64,000 nucleotides of DNA from assembly GCA_965205875.1 (NCBI GenBank), contig CBDBIA010000004.1, forward strand, positions 2,682,830 to 2,746,829, written 5' to 3'. The DNA is from Phototrophicaceae bacterium (GTDB lineage: Bacteria > Chloroflexota > Anaerolineae > Aggregatilineales > Phototrophicaceae). Under the pieces are notes generated by a model that saw only the letters and a list, made by a program, of their open reading frames with translations, was not told where the DNA came from and made no database searches. A program made the position numbers and the translations under genes. Below, piece by piece: positions 27,349 through 36,291 of the stretch; position 1 is the stretch's first letter, and each line of letters begins with the position of its first letter.

Positions 27349-27816
27349 ATGGCGGGGGAACGTTACATCAAGCACATGGCCTTCGCGGTGCATGACGCGC
27401 AGGCGGCATGGCAGCAATACAAGGACTTTCTCGGCCTGGGGCACGACGGCCGCATCGAGGACTACGAGAAGTCGCGCAATCGTGTGGCCCTCTTCAACGT
27501 CGGCGGAGTCGAGTACCAGCTCTGCCAGTCGATGGACGAAGGCGGTCGCTATGACGCCTGGATCAAGGAACGCGGCCAGCAGGGCCTGCATCACATTTGC
27601 TACGCCGTGCCGGACATTGAGGCGGCGCTATTGGAGGCCCAGGAGCGCGGCGCTACGCTGAAGGACTGTCCGGCCTGCAAGGTGATGGGCAGCCACGTCC
27701 ACCCGGAAGGCTGGGTCGCCTTTTTGGAAGAGGAGCCCGGCGGCATCGAGCTGGAGTTGATGCAGGTCTACACCGAGGCGGAACTGGAAGAATACAAGGC
27801 CGTGCAGGGAATCTGA
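27349..27816 (+). CDS. VOC (glyoxalase/methylmalonyl-CoA-epimerase-like) family protein
   Basis: 155 aa. IKHMAFAV ... GLHHICYAV ... GIELELMQ pattern of paired beta-alpha-beta-beta-beta modules. Confidence 0.7.
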   Translation: MAGERYIKHMAFAVHDAQAAWQQYKDFLGLGHDGRIEDYEKSRNRVALFNVGGVEYQLCQSMDEGGRYDAWIKERGQQGLHHICYAVPDIEAALLEAQERGATLKDCPACKVMGSHVHPEGWVAFLEEEPGGIELELMQVYTEAELEEYKAVQGI

Positions 27817-27997
27817 CGTCCGGTTTCCCATCAGGTCATCGCCTGGGCAAGATGTCGCATCTGTCCGTCTTCGGGCGCGCCACGGCGAGTATCTTGCATC
27901 CCTGCCTGCAGCATCCTGAAACGAACGCGGTTTGGCCACGGCGCGCAAAGCGTGGCGTGTGAGTCCATTGCGCGGCAAGCGGTAAAGGAGTCCCAAC

Positions 27998-29383
27998 GTG
28001 CGCTTTGACACTGTCATCCGCAATGGTGAGGTGATCACGGAGAATGGGGCGCTCGCGGCCGACGTCGCCATCCGCGACGGGGTCATCGCTGCGCTGCTGA
28101 CGCGCGGCACAGAAGTCGAGGCCGCGGAAGGCATCGACGCGAGCGGCCAGCTGGTGCTGCCTGGCGCCATCGACATTCACTTTCACTGCCGCGCGCCGGC
28201 CTGGCCGCAGCGCGGCGACTTCTCCACCGAGACGCGCGCCGCGGCCGCCGGCGGCGTGACCACTATCTTCGAGATGCCGGTCTCAAAACCCTGCTGCTCG
28301 ACCGCCGCCATCTTTCGTCAACGCAGGGCGCTGGCGGACGCCGATGCCTGGGTCAACTTTGCCCTCTACGCTGCGCCGGGCATGCTGCAACGCGACGAGG
28401 TGCACGCGCTGGCGGCGGAAGGCGCCATCGCCTTCAAGATCTTCATGACCTCCGCGCCCGCGGGCCGCGATGACGAGTTCGAGGGGCTGTGCCTGACCGA
28501 GGCGCCTGAGCAGCTGCAAGCCATGCAGCTGGTGGCGGAGACGGGAAGGCTGTGCGTGGCGCACGCGGAGGACAACGCGCTGCTTTCGCATTATACGGCG
28601 CAGTTGCAGGCGGCCGGCCGCAATGACCTGCAGGCGCACATCGAGTCGCGTCCGCCGCATGTCGAGGCGCTCGCCATCGCCACGCTGCTCACACTCAACG
28701 CGGAAGCCGGCGTCCGCCTGCACATCGCTCACGTGACGTCCAGGGCCGCGCTGGCGGTATTGCGCCGGCACCAGGCGGAGGGCGCGGACGTCAGCGGCGA
28801 GACTTGCCCGCAATACCTGTTCTTCACCGAGGAGGACTTCCTGCGCATCGGCGCCTGGGCGCGCATCAATCCGCCCATCCGCGGCCAGGCAGACCAGGAT
28901 GCGCTGTGGCAGGCGCTGGCGGACGGCACCCTGCTGGCCGTCACTACCGACCATTCGCCCTTCACGGTCGAAGAGAAAGAGCGGGCCAGCGAGAGCATCT
29001 GGAGCGTGCCTCCGGGCGCGCCCGGCGTCGAGGAGCTGGTGCCGGCGATGTTGGACGCTGCGCTGGCGGGCCGCCTGAGCGTCGGCGAGGCGGTGAAGCT
29101 CATCAGCACCAACGGCGCCCGACGCTTCGGCATCTACCCGCGCAAGGGCATCATCGCGCCCGGCTCCGACGCGGACATCGTGCTTTACGATCCGGCGGAC
29201 AGCACTACCATTCACCAGGACATGCTCTTCAGCAAGGCGCGCGCCAGCGACAAACTCTACGAAGGCATGACTTTTCGCGGTCGGGTGACGCGCACCCTGG
29301 TCAACGGCGCGACGGTCTACTCAAATGGCGAGATCGTCGGCGTGCGTGGCGGCGGGCGTTTCGTGCGGCCGGATACCGACTGA
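27998..29383 (+). CDS. cyclic amidohydrolase (dihydroorotase / hydantoinase / allantoinase family)
   Basis: 461 aa, GTG start. LPGAIDIHFH metal motif, carboxylated-Lys context IAFKIFM, HAED, and TDHSP near the C-terminus. Confidence 0.8.
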   Translation: MRFDTVIRNGEVITENGALAADVAIRDGVIAALLTRGTEVEAAEGIDASGQLVLPGAIDIHFHCRAPAWPQRGDFSTETRAAAAGGVTTIFEMPVSKPCCSTAAIFRQRRALADADAWVNFALYAAPGMLQRDEVHALAAEGAIAFKIFMTSAPAGRDDEFEGLCLTEAPEQLQAMQLVAETGRLCVAHAEDNALLSHYTAQLQAAGRNDLQAHIESRPPHVEALAIATLLTLNAEAGVRLHIAHVTSRAALAVLRRHQAEGADVSGETCPQYLFFTEEDFLRIGAWARINPPIRGQADQDALWQALADGTLLAVTTDHSPFTVEEKERASESIWSVPPGAPGVEELVPAMLDAALAGRLSVGEAVKLISTNGARRFGIYPRKGIIAPGSDADIVLYDPADSTTIHQDMLFSKARASDKLYEGMTFRGRVTRTLVNGATVYSNGEIVGVRGGGRFVRPDTD

Positions 29384-29419
29384 GTACGACGACCCAGGGC
29401 AAGCGACCTGGCGAATGCT

Positions 29420-30307
29420 TCAGTCCTGAGGAGTTTCGGGCTGCCGCTGGCCACTGCCGCGACGCAGGCGTTGGCGCAGCGCGTGCGCTGCGTATACCAG
29501 CCCGAAGATCGCGCTCAGCTCAAGCACAATGGCGCTGCCCGGCGGGATGTTCAGCCCCCAGGACAGGTAGAAGCCGATCACGCCGCCTGCGCAGCCCAGT
29601 AGAGCGGCGACCAGAATCATGTGCGCCATGCGCTGCGTCAGCAGGCGCGCCGTCGCCGCCGGCGTCAGCAGCAGGGCCAGCATCAACGCGACGCCGACGG
29701 CCTGCATGCTGGCGACGATGGTCACCGCAATGAGCACCAGCAGCAGGGTGCGCAGAAAGTTGACCGGCAGGTGCAGCACGCGACCAAGTTCGGGGTCGAA
29801 GCAGACGATCAGCAGCTGTTTGTAGAACACGAGGACTACCAGCAGCACGAGCCCGCCGAGCAGGGCCATGGAACCGAGGTCGGAATCGCTGATGCCGCTG
29901 ATGCTGCCGAAGAGGATGTGCGCGAGGTCGACGCTGTAGCTGGGCCGGCTGCTGATGATGGCGATGCCGAGCGCGAACATCGTCACAAAGGCGATGCCGA
30001 TCGCCGTGTCTTCCTTCACGCGCCGGTCACGCGTCAACAGGACGATGGCCAGCGCCGTGAGAATGCCGGCGCCGAGCCCGCCGATGAAGAGATTGCTGCC
30101 CACCGCGCCGCCGCCGGTGGTGTAGGCAATTGCGACGCCGGGCAACACGGCGTGGGAGAGCGCATCGCCGAAGAAAGCCAGGCCACGCGCCACCATGAAG
30201 CTGCCGACGACCGCGCTGAGACCGCCGACCAGCACCAGCGCCAGCAGGCCGCGTTGTGCAAAGCTGTAGGACAGCGGCTCAAGCAGGGAGGCGAGAATGC
30301 CATCCAT
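29420..30307 (-). CDS. znuB: metal (Zn/Mn-type) ABC transporter permease
   Basis: 295 aa, 8-9 TM, ZnuB/MntB/TroD-like. In an operon with the ATPase and substrate-binding-protein genes. Zn specificity is inferred only from the His-rich binding protein. Confidence 0.75.
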   Translation of the reverse strand: MDGILASLLEPLSYSFAQRGLLALVLVGGLSAVVGSFMVARGLAFFGDALSHAVLPGVAIAYTTGGGAVGSNLFIGGLGAGILTALAIVLLTRDRRVKEDTAIGIAFVTMFALGIAIISSRPSYSVDLAHILFGSISGISDSDLGSMALLGGLVLLVVLVFYKQLLIVCFDPELGRVLHLPVNFLRTLLLVLIAVTIVASMQAVGVALMLALLLTPAATARLLTQRMAHMILVAALLGCAGGVIGFYLSWGLNIPPGSAIVLELSAIFGLVYAAHALRQRLRRGSGQRQPETPQD

Positions 30308-30320
30308 TTGCGACTATCCT

Positions 30321-31106
30321 TTAGTAACCCGTGCCGACGATGACGCGGCCGTCACGGCTACGCATGAAGACGTTCTCGGTCTTGCCATAGGCCGCAAACA
30401 AATGCTCCGCGGAGAGAACTTCCTGTGGCGCACCATCAGCCAGGATGGTGCGCCGCACCAGCAGGATGCGCTTGAAGTCGCGCGCGGCGCGCACCATGTC
30501 GTGCGTGGTCATCAACAATGTCAGGCCCTGATTATGCAGAAACTTGAGTGTCGCGGTGATTTCCGAGGCGGCGGCCACGTCGACGCCGCTGAAAGGTTCG
30601 TCCAGCAGCAAAATGTCGGCTTCCTGGGCGAGGGCGCGCGCGATAAAAATGCGTTGCTGCTGGCCGCCGCTGAGGGCGCTGAAGGGACGTTTGGCCAGAC
30701 TTTCGAGGTCCAGCATTTCCAGCACTTCGCTTGCGCGCCGCCGGGCCTCCTGCGGCCACCAGGGTAGCCAGCGACTGGCGCGCGTGCAGCCCATCATCAC
30801 GACTTCTTCCACAGTGACGGGGAAGTTGGGATCGATGGCGTTGCGCTGCGGCACAAGCCCGATTTGCACGTTCATGTGCTGGCAATCGTGACCGTGCACG
30901 CGGACCTCACCGGTCTCGTGGGGGACCAGCCCGGCGAGGGCCAGTAGCAAGGTGCTCTTGCCGGCGCCGTTGGGCCCGAGAATGGCGACGCTCTCCCCGG
31001 GCTGGACGATAAAGTTAATGTCAGCGATGGCGCGCGGCATCATTTGGTAGCCGGCGCAGAGCTCACAGACTTCCAGCGCCGCCGGTGAGGGCGACCCGGC
31101 GCTCAT
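30321..31106 (-). CDS. znuC: metal ABC transporter ATP-binding protein
   Basis: 261 aa. Walker A GPNGAGKST, signature LSGGQQQR, Walker B ILLLDEP. Confidence 0.8.
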   Translation of the reverse strand: MSAGSPSPAALEVCELCAGYQMMPRAIADINFIVQPGESVAILGPNGAGKSTLLLALAGLVPHETGEVRVHGHDCQHMNVQIGLVPQRNAIDPNFPVTVEEVVMMGCTRASRWLPWWPQEARRRASEVLEMLDLESLAKRPFSALSGGQQQRIFIARALAQEADILLLDEPFSGVDVAAASEITATLKFLHNQGLTLLMTTHDMVRAARDFKRILLVRRTILADGAPQEVLSAEHLFAAYGKTENVFMRSRDGRVIVGTGY

Positions 31107-32395
31107 GCTGTGTCTTCCCTCTCAAGGGAGGCCACAATGCTTGTGACGAGGTTACGCAACATCTCGAGCCAGGTGCCGGCGAGGCCCTCCGCTTCACCCA
31201 GGGACTCCAGTTGCAGGAGCACCAGTTGCGCGCCGCTTTCAGCGGCCACCTGTTGCGCTACATCGTTGCTGGACGTCGCCTCACCAAAGATGACCGGCAG
31301 GTTGTGTTCCCGCACCAGATCGATCAGGGCCGCGAGTTGCGCCACGCCCGGTTCGGCCAGGGTACTGGTGCCCGGCAGCACGCTGCCCGGCGTTTCAAAG
31401 CCAAAGCCGGCGGCAAAATAACCCAGGGTGAGGTGGTTACTGATCAGCACGCGTTGTTCCTGCGGTAGCGCTGCAACCAGCAGCAGCAGCTCCTGCTCCA
31501 GCGCGACGATATCGTCGAGGAAGGCGTCGCTGCGCGCCCCATAGGCCGTTGCGTTTGCGCTGTCGCGCGCCGCCAGGACGTCCCGCGCCAACAGGGTCCA
31601 GAGCGCGACGTTGCGCGGCAGCAGCCAGACGTGGGGGTCGCAGCCCTGCAGCGCGCTGCAATTGACGCTGTAGAGCGGGCCGGGGCCGGCCTGGCCCGGC
31701 AGGGTCAGGAAGCGCTCACCCAGCTCCACTTCGTGCTGCTCGCAAAGGCTTTCCATTGCCTCGTGGTGAGCGTCCTCCTCACCTTCGTGAACCTCGTCAA
31801 CGTGCTCGTCCTCATCGCCATGGTCGTCGTCTTCGTGCTCGCCTTCGTCGCCATGGTCGTCGTCAACGTGCTCGCCTTCGTCGCCATGATCGTCGTCTTC
31901 GTGCTCGTCCTCGTCGCCATGATCGTCATTTTCGTGCTCGTCCTCATCGCCATGGTCGTCGTCGACGTGCTCGTCCTCGTCGCCATGGTCGGCATCGGCG
32001 TGATCGTCCTCGTCGCCGTGATCGTCGTCTTCGTGCTCGTGCTCATGACCACTTGGCAGGACCGCCACGCAGTCCGAGAGCGTGAACAGCGCGTCTTCGG
32101 CTACCGTGAGCTCAATGGCGGCAAGCAGGCCTTCCTCATAGCCGGCGCCGTTGATGAAGACGAGGTCGGCATCGGCCAGGGCGCGCAGGTCGGAGGGTGC
32201 CGGGCGGTAGCTGTGGGGATCTGAACCCCTGGGAATGAGGGAAGTGACTTCAGCGTCCGCTCCGGCCACGCGCGCCAGTACGTCGGCGGCGATGCTGTGG
32301 CTGGCGACGATGCGCAGCCCTGTCTCCTGCGCGGCCAGCGAGGCCGAAAAGAGCAGTACAAGTAGAACTGCAAGTGCAATTCTGATCAGACGCAT
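31103..32395 (-). CDS. znuA: cluster A-I metal-binding lipoprotein/SBP with giant His/Asp/Glu-rich loop
   Basis: Start ATG 32395 (MRLIRIALAVLLVLLF signal peptide, AAGAGGAGAG upstream). The rest of track ORF 31103..33325 is antisense to the GT2 gene. Conserved HSYRP and DPHVWL metal ligand blocks. A ~95-aa acidic His-rich insert is typical of ZnuA. Confidence 0.8.
   Translation of the reverse strand: MRLIRIALAVLLVLLFSASLAAQETGLRIVASHSIAADVLARVAGADAEVTSLIPRGSDPHSYRPAPSDLRALADADLVFINGAGYEEGLLAAIELTVAEDALFTLSDCVAVLPSGHEHEHEDDDHGDEDDHADADHGDEDEHVDDDHGDEDEHENDDHGDEDEHEDDDHGDEGEHVDDDHGDEGEHEDDDHGDEDEHVDEVHEGEEDAHHEAMESLCEQHEVELGERFLTLPGQAGPGPLYSVNCSALQGCDPHVWLLPRNVALWTLLARDVLAARDSANATAYGARSDAFLDDIVALEQELLLLVAALPQEQRVLISNHLTLGYFAAGFGFETPGSVLPGTSTLAEPGVAQLAALIDLVREHNLPVIFGEATSSNDVAQQVAAESGAQLVLLQLESLGEAEGLAGTWLEMLRNLVTSIVASLEREDTA
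31802..32050 (-). repeat. 7.5 tandem 33-bp repeats encoding (E/V)DDDHGDE(D/G)EH units
   Basis: Plus-strand units begin at 31802, 31835, 31868, 31901, 31934, 31967 and 32000, with a partial unit at 32033. The consensus is GTGCTCGTCCTCRTCGCCATGRTCGTCGTCTTC. Confidence 0.9.
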
Positions 32396-32545
32396 GCCAT
32401 CTCTCCTCTTATCACCCTGAATTCCCGGGTAAGGCACAAGGTAGCGGGAATCAAACCGGGGTGCAAGACTGGTGCCAGGGTGCACTCCCGGTTGACGCAC
32501 CCTGCCAACGCGGTCAGAATCAGGCGCGAGCAAGCCCGGAGGGGC

Positions 32546-33268
32546 ATGAACGAGTGCGCAAGGCCCAAAACGTTGCTGGTCATCCCGGCGCTGAACGAGG
32601 CGGCCAACATTGGCCAGGTGGTCACGCGCGCGCGGCAGCAGCTGCCCGGAGTCGATCTGCTCGTCATCAACGACGGCTCCAGCGACGACACCGCCGCGGT
32701 CGCGCGCGAGGCTGGCGCCATGGTGCTGACGCTGCCCTACAACGTGGGAATTGGCGCGGCCGTGCAGACCGGCTTCGTCTACGCTGACCGGCACGGCTAC
32801 GAGATTGTGCTGCGCTGCGACGGTGACGGCCAACATGATGCCGGCGACCTGCTGCGCCTGCAGCAGGCCTTGCAGGCGGGGGACAGCGACGTCGTGACCG
32901 GCACGCGTTTCGGCGCCCACGTAAGCGCCAGGGTCGTTACCCTGGGTCGACGCCTTGGCATCCTCCTGCTCTCCCGCCTCATTTCGCTCCTCATCGGCCA
33001 GACCATCACGGACCCGACCTCCGGCCTGGCCGCCTTCAACCGCAATGCCATCCGGCTCTTCGCGCAGGAGTATCCGCACGATTACCCGGAGCCAGAGGGC
33101 ATCGTGCTGGCGCAACGCAACGGGCTGCGCCAGCAGGAGCTGCCCGTGACGATGCAGCCGCGCCGGCTGGGCCGCTCGTCCATCAGCTACCTGGACGGCG
33201 TCTACTACATGGTCAAGGTCACCCTGGCGATCCTCATCAGCCTGCTGCGGCCGCCGCGGCCGCGCTGA
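32546..33268 (+). CDS. family 2 glycosyltransferase (polyprenol-phosphate glycosyltransferase-like)
   Basis: ATG 32546 preceded by GGAGGGG. LLVIPALNEAANI ... LLVINDGSSDDT ... CDGDGQHD motifs. 240 aa. Confidence 0.8.
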   Translation: MNECARPKTLLVIPALNEAANIGQVVTRARQQLPGVDLLVINDGSSDDTAAVAREAGAMVLTLPYNVGIGAAVQTGFVYADRHGYEIVLRCDGDGQHDAGDLLRLQQALQAGDSDVVTGTRFGAHVSARVVTLGRRLGILLLSRLISLLIGQTITDPTSGLAAFNRNAIRLFAQEYPHDYPEPEGIVLAQRNGLRQQELPVTMQPRRLGRSSISYLDGVYYMVKVTLAILISLLRPPRPR

Positions 33269-33284
33269 AAGGCAAGGCCGACCC

Positions 33285-34397
33285 ATGCGCGTGCTGATGC
33301 TCTCCAAGGCCTGTCTGGTGGGCATCTATCAGCGCAAGCTGGAGGAAATTGCGCGCCTGGGTGTGGAGCTGTTGACGCTGGTGCCGCCTCTCTGGCGCGA
33401 CGCCGGCGGCGCGACGCGGCTGGAACGGCTGTATACCAGCGGCTATCGTCTCGAGACCACCGACATACGCCTCAACGGCAACTATCACCTGCATCACTAT
33501 CCGCGGCTGGGAGCGGCGTTGCGTGCATTTCGCCCCGATGTGCTGCATATCGACGAGGAGCCCTATAACCTGGCGACCTGGCAGGCGCTGTGGCTGGCGC
33601 GCCGGGCTGGTTGCCGCGCGCTCTTCTTTAGCTGGCAGAACATCCGGCGCCGCTATCCGCCGCCCTTCAGCCTCGGCGAGCGCTACGTGCTGCTCGGCGT
33701 AGACCACGCCATCGCCGGCACGGAGAGCGCCGCCGCTGTCCTGCGCGCCAAGGGCTACGGCGGGCCGCTGAGCGTCATCCCGCAGTTCGGCATCGACCCG
33801 CAGCTCTTCCGACCCCCGGATTCGCCCTTGCCGCCGCGACCCTTCACCCTGGGCTACTTTGGCCGCCTGGTGCCCGAAAAAGGGTTGGACAGCCTCTTGC
33901 AGGCGCTGGCCATGCTGGATGGCGAGAGTCGACTGCGCCTGGTTGGCGAGGGGCCACAGCGCGCTGAGCTGGTCGCGCTGGCGCAGCGCCTGGGCCTGGG
34001 CGCGCGCGTGGACTTCTGCGCGGCGCTGCCCTCGGTCGCCATGCCGGCGCAATATCATCAGATCGACGCGCTGGTCTTGCCCTCAGTGACGCGGCGCAAC
34101 TGGAAGGAACAGTTCGGGCGCGTGCTGGTGGAAGCGATGGCCAGCGCGCTGCCCGTCGTCGGCTCGGACAGCGGCGCGATTCCCGGCGTGATCGGGGACG
34201 CCGGTCTGACATTCGCTGAAGGCGACGCGGCGGCGCTGGCGGCGCAACTGACGCGGCTGCAACATGACGCGACGCTGCGGCAGGCGCTGGCGCAACGGGG
34301 CCGCGAACGCGCGCTGGCGCAGTTCACGCATGCTGGCGTGGCAGAGGCGACGGTGGCGGTCTATCGAACGCTGGCGGAGGAGCGCAAGAAGAACTGA
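33285..34397 (+). CDS. family 4 (GT-B) glycosyltransferase
   Basis: 370 aa. C-terminal EQFGRVLVEAMASALPVVGSDSGAIP, the E-x7-E-type GT4 signature. Confidence 0.8.
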   Translation: MRVLMLSKACLVGIYQRKLEEIARLGVELLTLVPPLWRDAGGATRLERLYTSGYRLETTDIRLNGNYHLHHYPRLGAALRAFRPDVLHIDEEPYNLATWQALWLARRAGCRALFFSWQNIRRRYPPPFSLGERYVLLGVDHAIAGTESAAAVLRAKGYGGPLSVIPQFGIDPQLFRPPDSPLPPRPFTLGYFGRLVPEKGLDSLLQALAMLDGESRLRLVGEGPQRAELVALAQRLGLGARVDFCAALPSVAMPAQYHQIDALVLPSVTRRNWKEQFGRVLVEAMASALPVVGSDSGAIPGVIGDAGLTFAEGDAAALAAQLTRLQHDATLRQALAQRGRERALAQFTHAGVAEATVAVYRTLAEERKKN

Positions 34398-34408
34398 GAC
34401 GGTCTGCC

Positions 34409-35923
34409 TCAATCTGCGTCATCTGCGCCGGACAGGGCGACGCGCGCCCGCAGGGGCCAGGGCAGGGCCTGCCGCAGCCGGGCCAGCAGCGCGCGGTCGC
34501 CGGCGTCGAGGATGCGCGTCAAGCCGGCCAGGTAGAGCAGCGCGCCGATAATCATGCCGGCCAGCGTGCTCCAGAGCTGTGTTGCCAGCCCCATGCCGAG
34601 GGCCATCACGAGCGCCAGCAAGAGCAGCGGCGCGCTGCGCCTGAGCAGCGGGCGCCAGGCTGGCACGGGCGAGCTGTAGAGCAGCAGGGCCAGCGCCAGC
34701 AGCATCGAAACCAGGGAGGCGATAGCGGCGCCGTTGACGCCCATGCGCGGTAGCAGGATGGCGTTGAGCAGGACGTTCAGCAGCAGGCCGACGGCGCGCA
34801 CGACCATCATGCGGCGTTGCCGGTTGCTGGTGATCAGCGCCTGGATGTAGACGTCGGCGACCAGCCTGATCAGCGCGTACCACACCAGGATGCGCAGCAG
34901 GGCCGCCGCCGGGGCGAAGTCCGCGCCGAAGAGCGGCACGGTGATGTCTGGCGCGAAGAAGGACAGCAGCAGGGTCAGCGGCAGGCTCGCCAGCAGGGTG
35001 AACCAGGCCAGGCGACGCACGATGTTGTGCAGGGTGTCGCCGCTGTAGCGCGACATCATGGGGTAGAGCGACATCAGCACGGTCGTGCCCAGCAACTCGA
35101 TCATGCCGGTAACGATGACGAAGGCGGCGGTCAGCCAGCCAGTCTGTTGCGTGCCGAGCAGACGCGCGGTCATCAGCTTGTCGGCGTGGAGCCAGGCGAG
35201 GGAGAAGAAGCTGGTGAGCGCGAGCGGCAGGCTGCCGACCAGCAGGCTGCGCAGCAGGTCGCCGCGCATGCGGGCGGGCCGCACACCGCTGCGCAGCACC
35301 TGCGCCCACAGCATGGCGGCGCGCGCCAGGCCGGCGGCGATGGTCGCGAGGTACAGCCCCACCAGTCCGCCGCCGCTGGCCAGGGCCAGGCTGGCAAGGG
35401 CCAGCAGCAGCAGCATGTGCAGCACCGTCACCAGCGACGACGTGCGCATACGCTCCTGCGCCAGCAGGATCTCGTAACAGAGGTTGCCCCAGGTGTCGAC
35501 CAGCAGGCTGAGGGATGCCAGCGCCAGCAGGTTGCGGATTTCCAGGTCGAAACCGGCCAGCGGCGCGAGGGTGTTCAGCAGGAGCCAGGCCAGCAGCGCC
35601 AGGCCGCTGCGTAGCCACAGCGTCACGCCCAGATAGTCGCCCGCCAGGCGCGGCCGGCGCGCCACCTCGCGTATGATAATGGGGCCTGTGCCGAAGGTGC
35701 TGATCGCCGCGCCAATGGCGATGAAGGCGCCCACGGCGCCGTAAATGCCGTAGCCTGCATCGCCGAGAAAGCGCGCCAGCACCAGTTGCCACAGGAAGAG
35801 CAGGCCCTTCGAGACGACGCTGGCCAGGGTGAGGGCGCTGACATTGCGCAGCGCCCGTTGCGTTTCCGTGGCAGAGACGTGGCTGGCGTCCGTCACGCTG
35901 GCCCGTCCGCGGCTGCGCGCCAC
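34409..35923 (-). CDS. Wzx/MOP-superfamily oligosaccharide flippase
   Basis: 504 aa, ~12-14 TM, polysaccharide-biosynthesis-protein-like N-terminus (LRNVSALTLASVVSKGLLFLWQLVLARFLG). The alternate-frame ORF 34419..36188 is R/A/P-rich junk. Confidence 0.75.
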   Translation of the reverse strand: MARSRGRASVTDASHVSATETQRALRNVSALTLASVVSKGLLFLWQLVLARFLGDAGYGIYGAVGAFIAIGAAISTFGTGPIIIREVARRPRLAGDYLGVTLWLRSGLALLAWLLLNTLAPLAGFDLEIRNLLALASLSLLVDTWGNLCYEILLAQERMRTSSLVTVLHMLLLLALASLALASGGGLVGLYLATIAAGLARAAMLWAQVLRSGVRPARMRGDLLRSLLVGSLPLALTSFFSLAWLHADKLMTARLLGTQQTGWLTAAFVIVTGMIELLGTTVLMSLYPMMSRYSGDTLHNIVRRLAWFTLLASLPLTLLLSFFAPDITVPLFGADFAPAAALLRILVWYALIRLVADVYIQALITSNRQRRMMVVRAVGLLLNVLLNAILLPRMGVNGAAIASLVSMLLALALLLYSSPVPAWRPLLRRSAPLLLLALVMALGMGLATQLWSTLAGMIIGALLYLAGLTRILDAGDRALLARLRQALPWPLRARVALSGADDAD

Positions 35924-36291
35924 TCCGCGAGCACGGCGGCGGCCCCGGCATCGTCCTCCACCAGGCGCAGCAGGCGCCGGCCATCGCTGTAGCTGCCGTC
36001 AGCGCCGCCCAGCATGGCCGCCAGCGTCGGCTCCAGGCCGATGATGATGAGGCGGTTGCGCATGCGCGGGTGCAGCGCCAGACCCAGGCTGCGGATGTGG
36101 CCGAAGGCGCCGAGCGGCAGCCTGGGCGACTGGCGCAGGTCCAGCAGCAGCTCGACCGGGCCGCCTGCCGCGGGCAACTGCAGGGCAACGCGGCGCATGC
36201 CCTTGTGCAGGTCGTTCCAGTTCCAGGGCTGCGTCAGCGTCAGGCGCAGGGCGGTGGCCGCCTCGTCCTCCCAGGCGCTGCTCAGCGGCAC
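35893..36291 (-). CDS. hypothetical 132-aa protein (possibly STAS/SpoIIAA-like)
   Basis: The GTG start overlaps the NUDIX 3' end by 10 nt, and the 3' end overlaps the flippase ORF start by 31 nt. The pattern LTLTQPWNWNDL...VELLLDLRQSPRLPLGAF...NRLIIIGL suggests a small alpha/beta domain. The family is not certain. Confidence 0.5.
   Translation of the reverse strand: MPLSSAWEDEAATALRLTLTQPWNWNDLHKGMRRVALQLPAAGGPVELLLDLRQSPRLPLGAFGHIRSLGLALHPRMRNRLIIIGLEPTLAAMLGGADGSYSDGRRLLRLVEDDAGAAAVLAEWRAAADGPA

Noticed and set aside
27817-27997. 181-nt spacer before the cyclic amidohydrolase, as a possible riboswitch or leader (inverted repeat GCAAGAT...ATCTTGC; GCCACGGCG twice)
   Set aside because: I recognise no conserved riboswitch core (purine, TPP, glycine, guanidine, etc.). 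The pairings are short. A covariance-model scan would be needed before claiming anything.
34419-36188. 589-aa alternate-frame ORF overlapping the flippase gene on the same strand
   Set aside because: Its translation is almost pure Arg/Ala/Pro/Gly. The flippase frame gives 12+ hydrophobic TM helices and a family-typical N-terminus.
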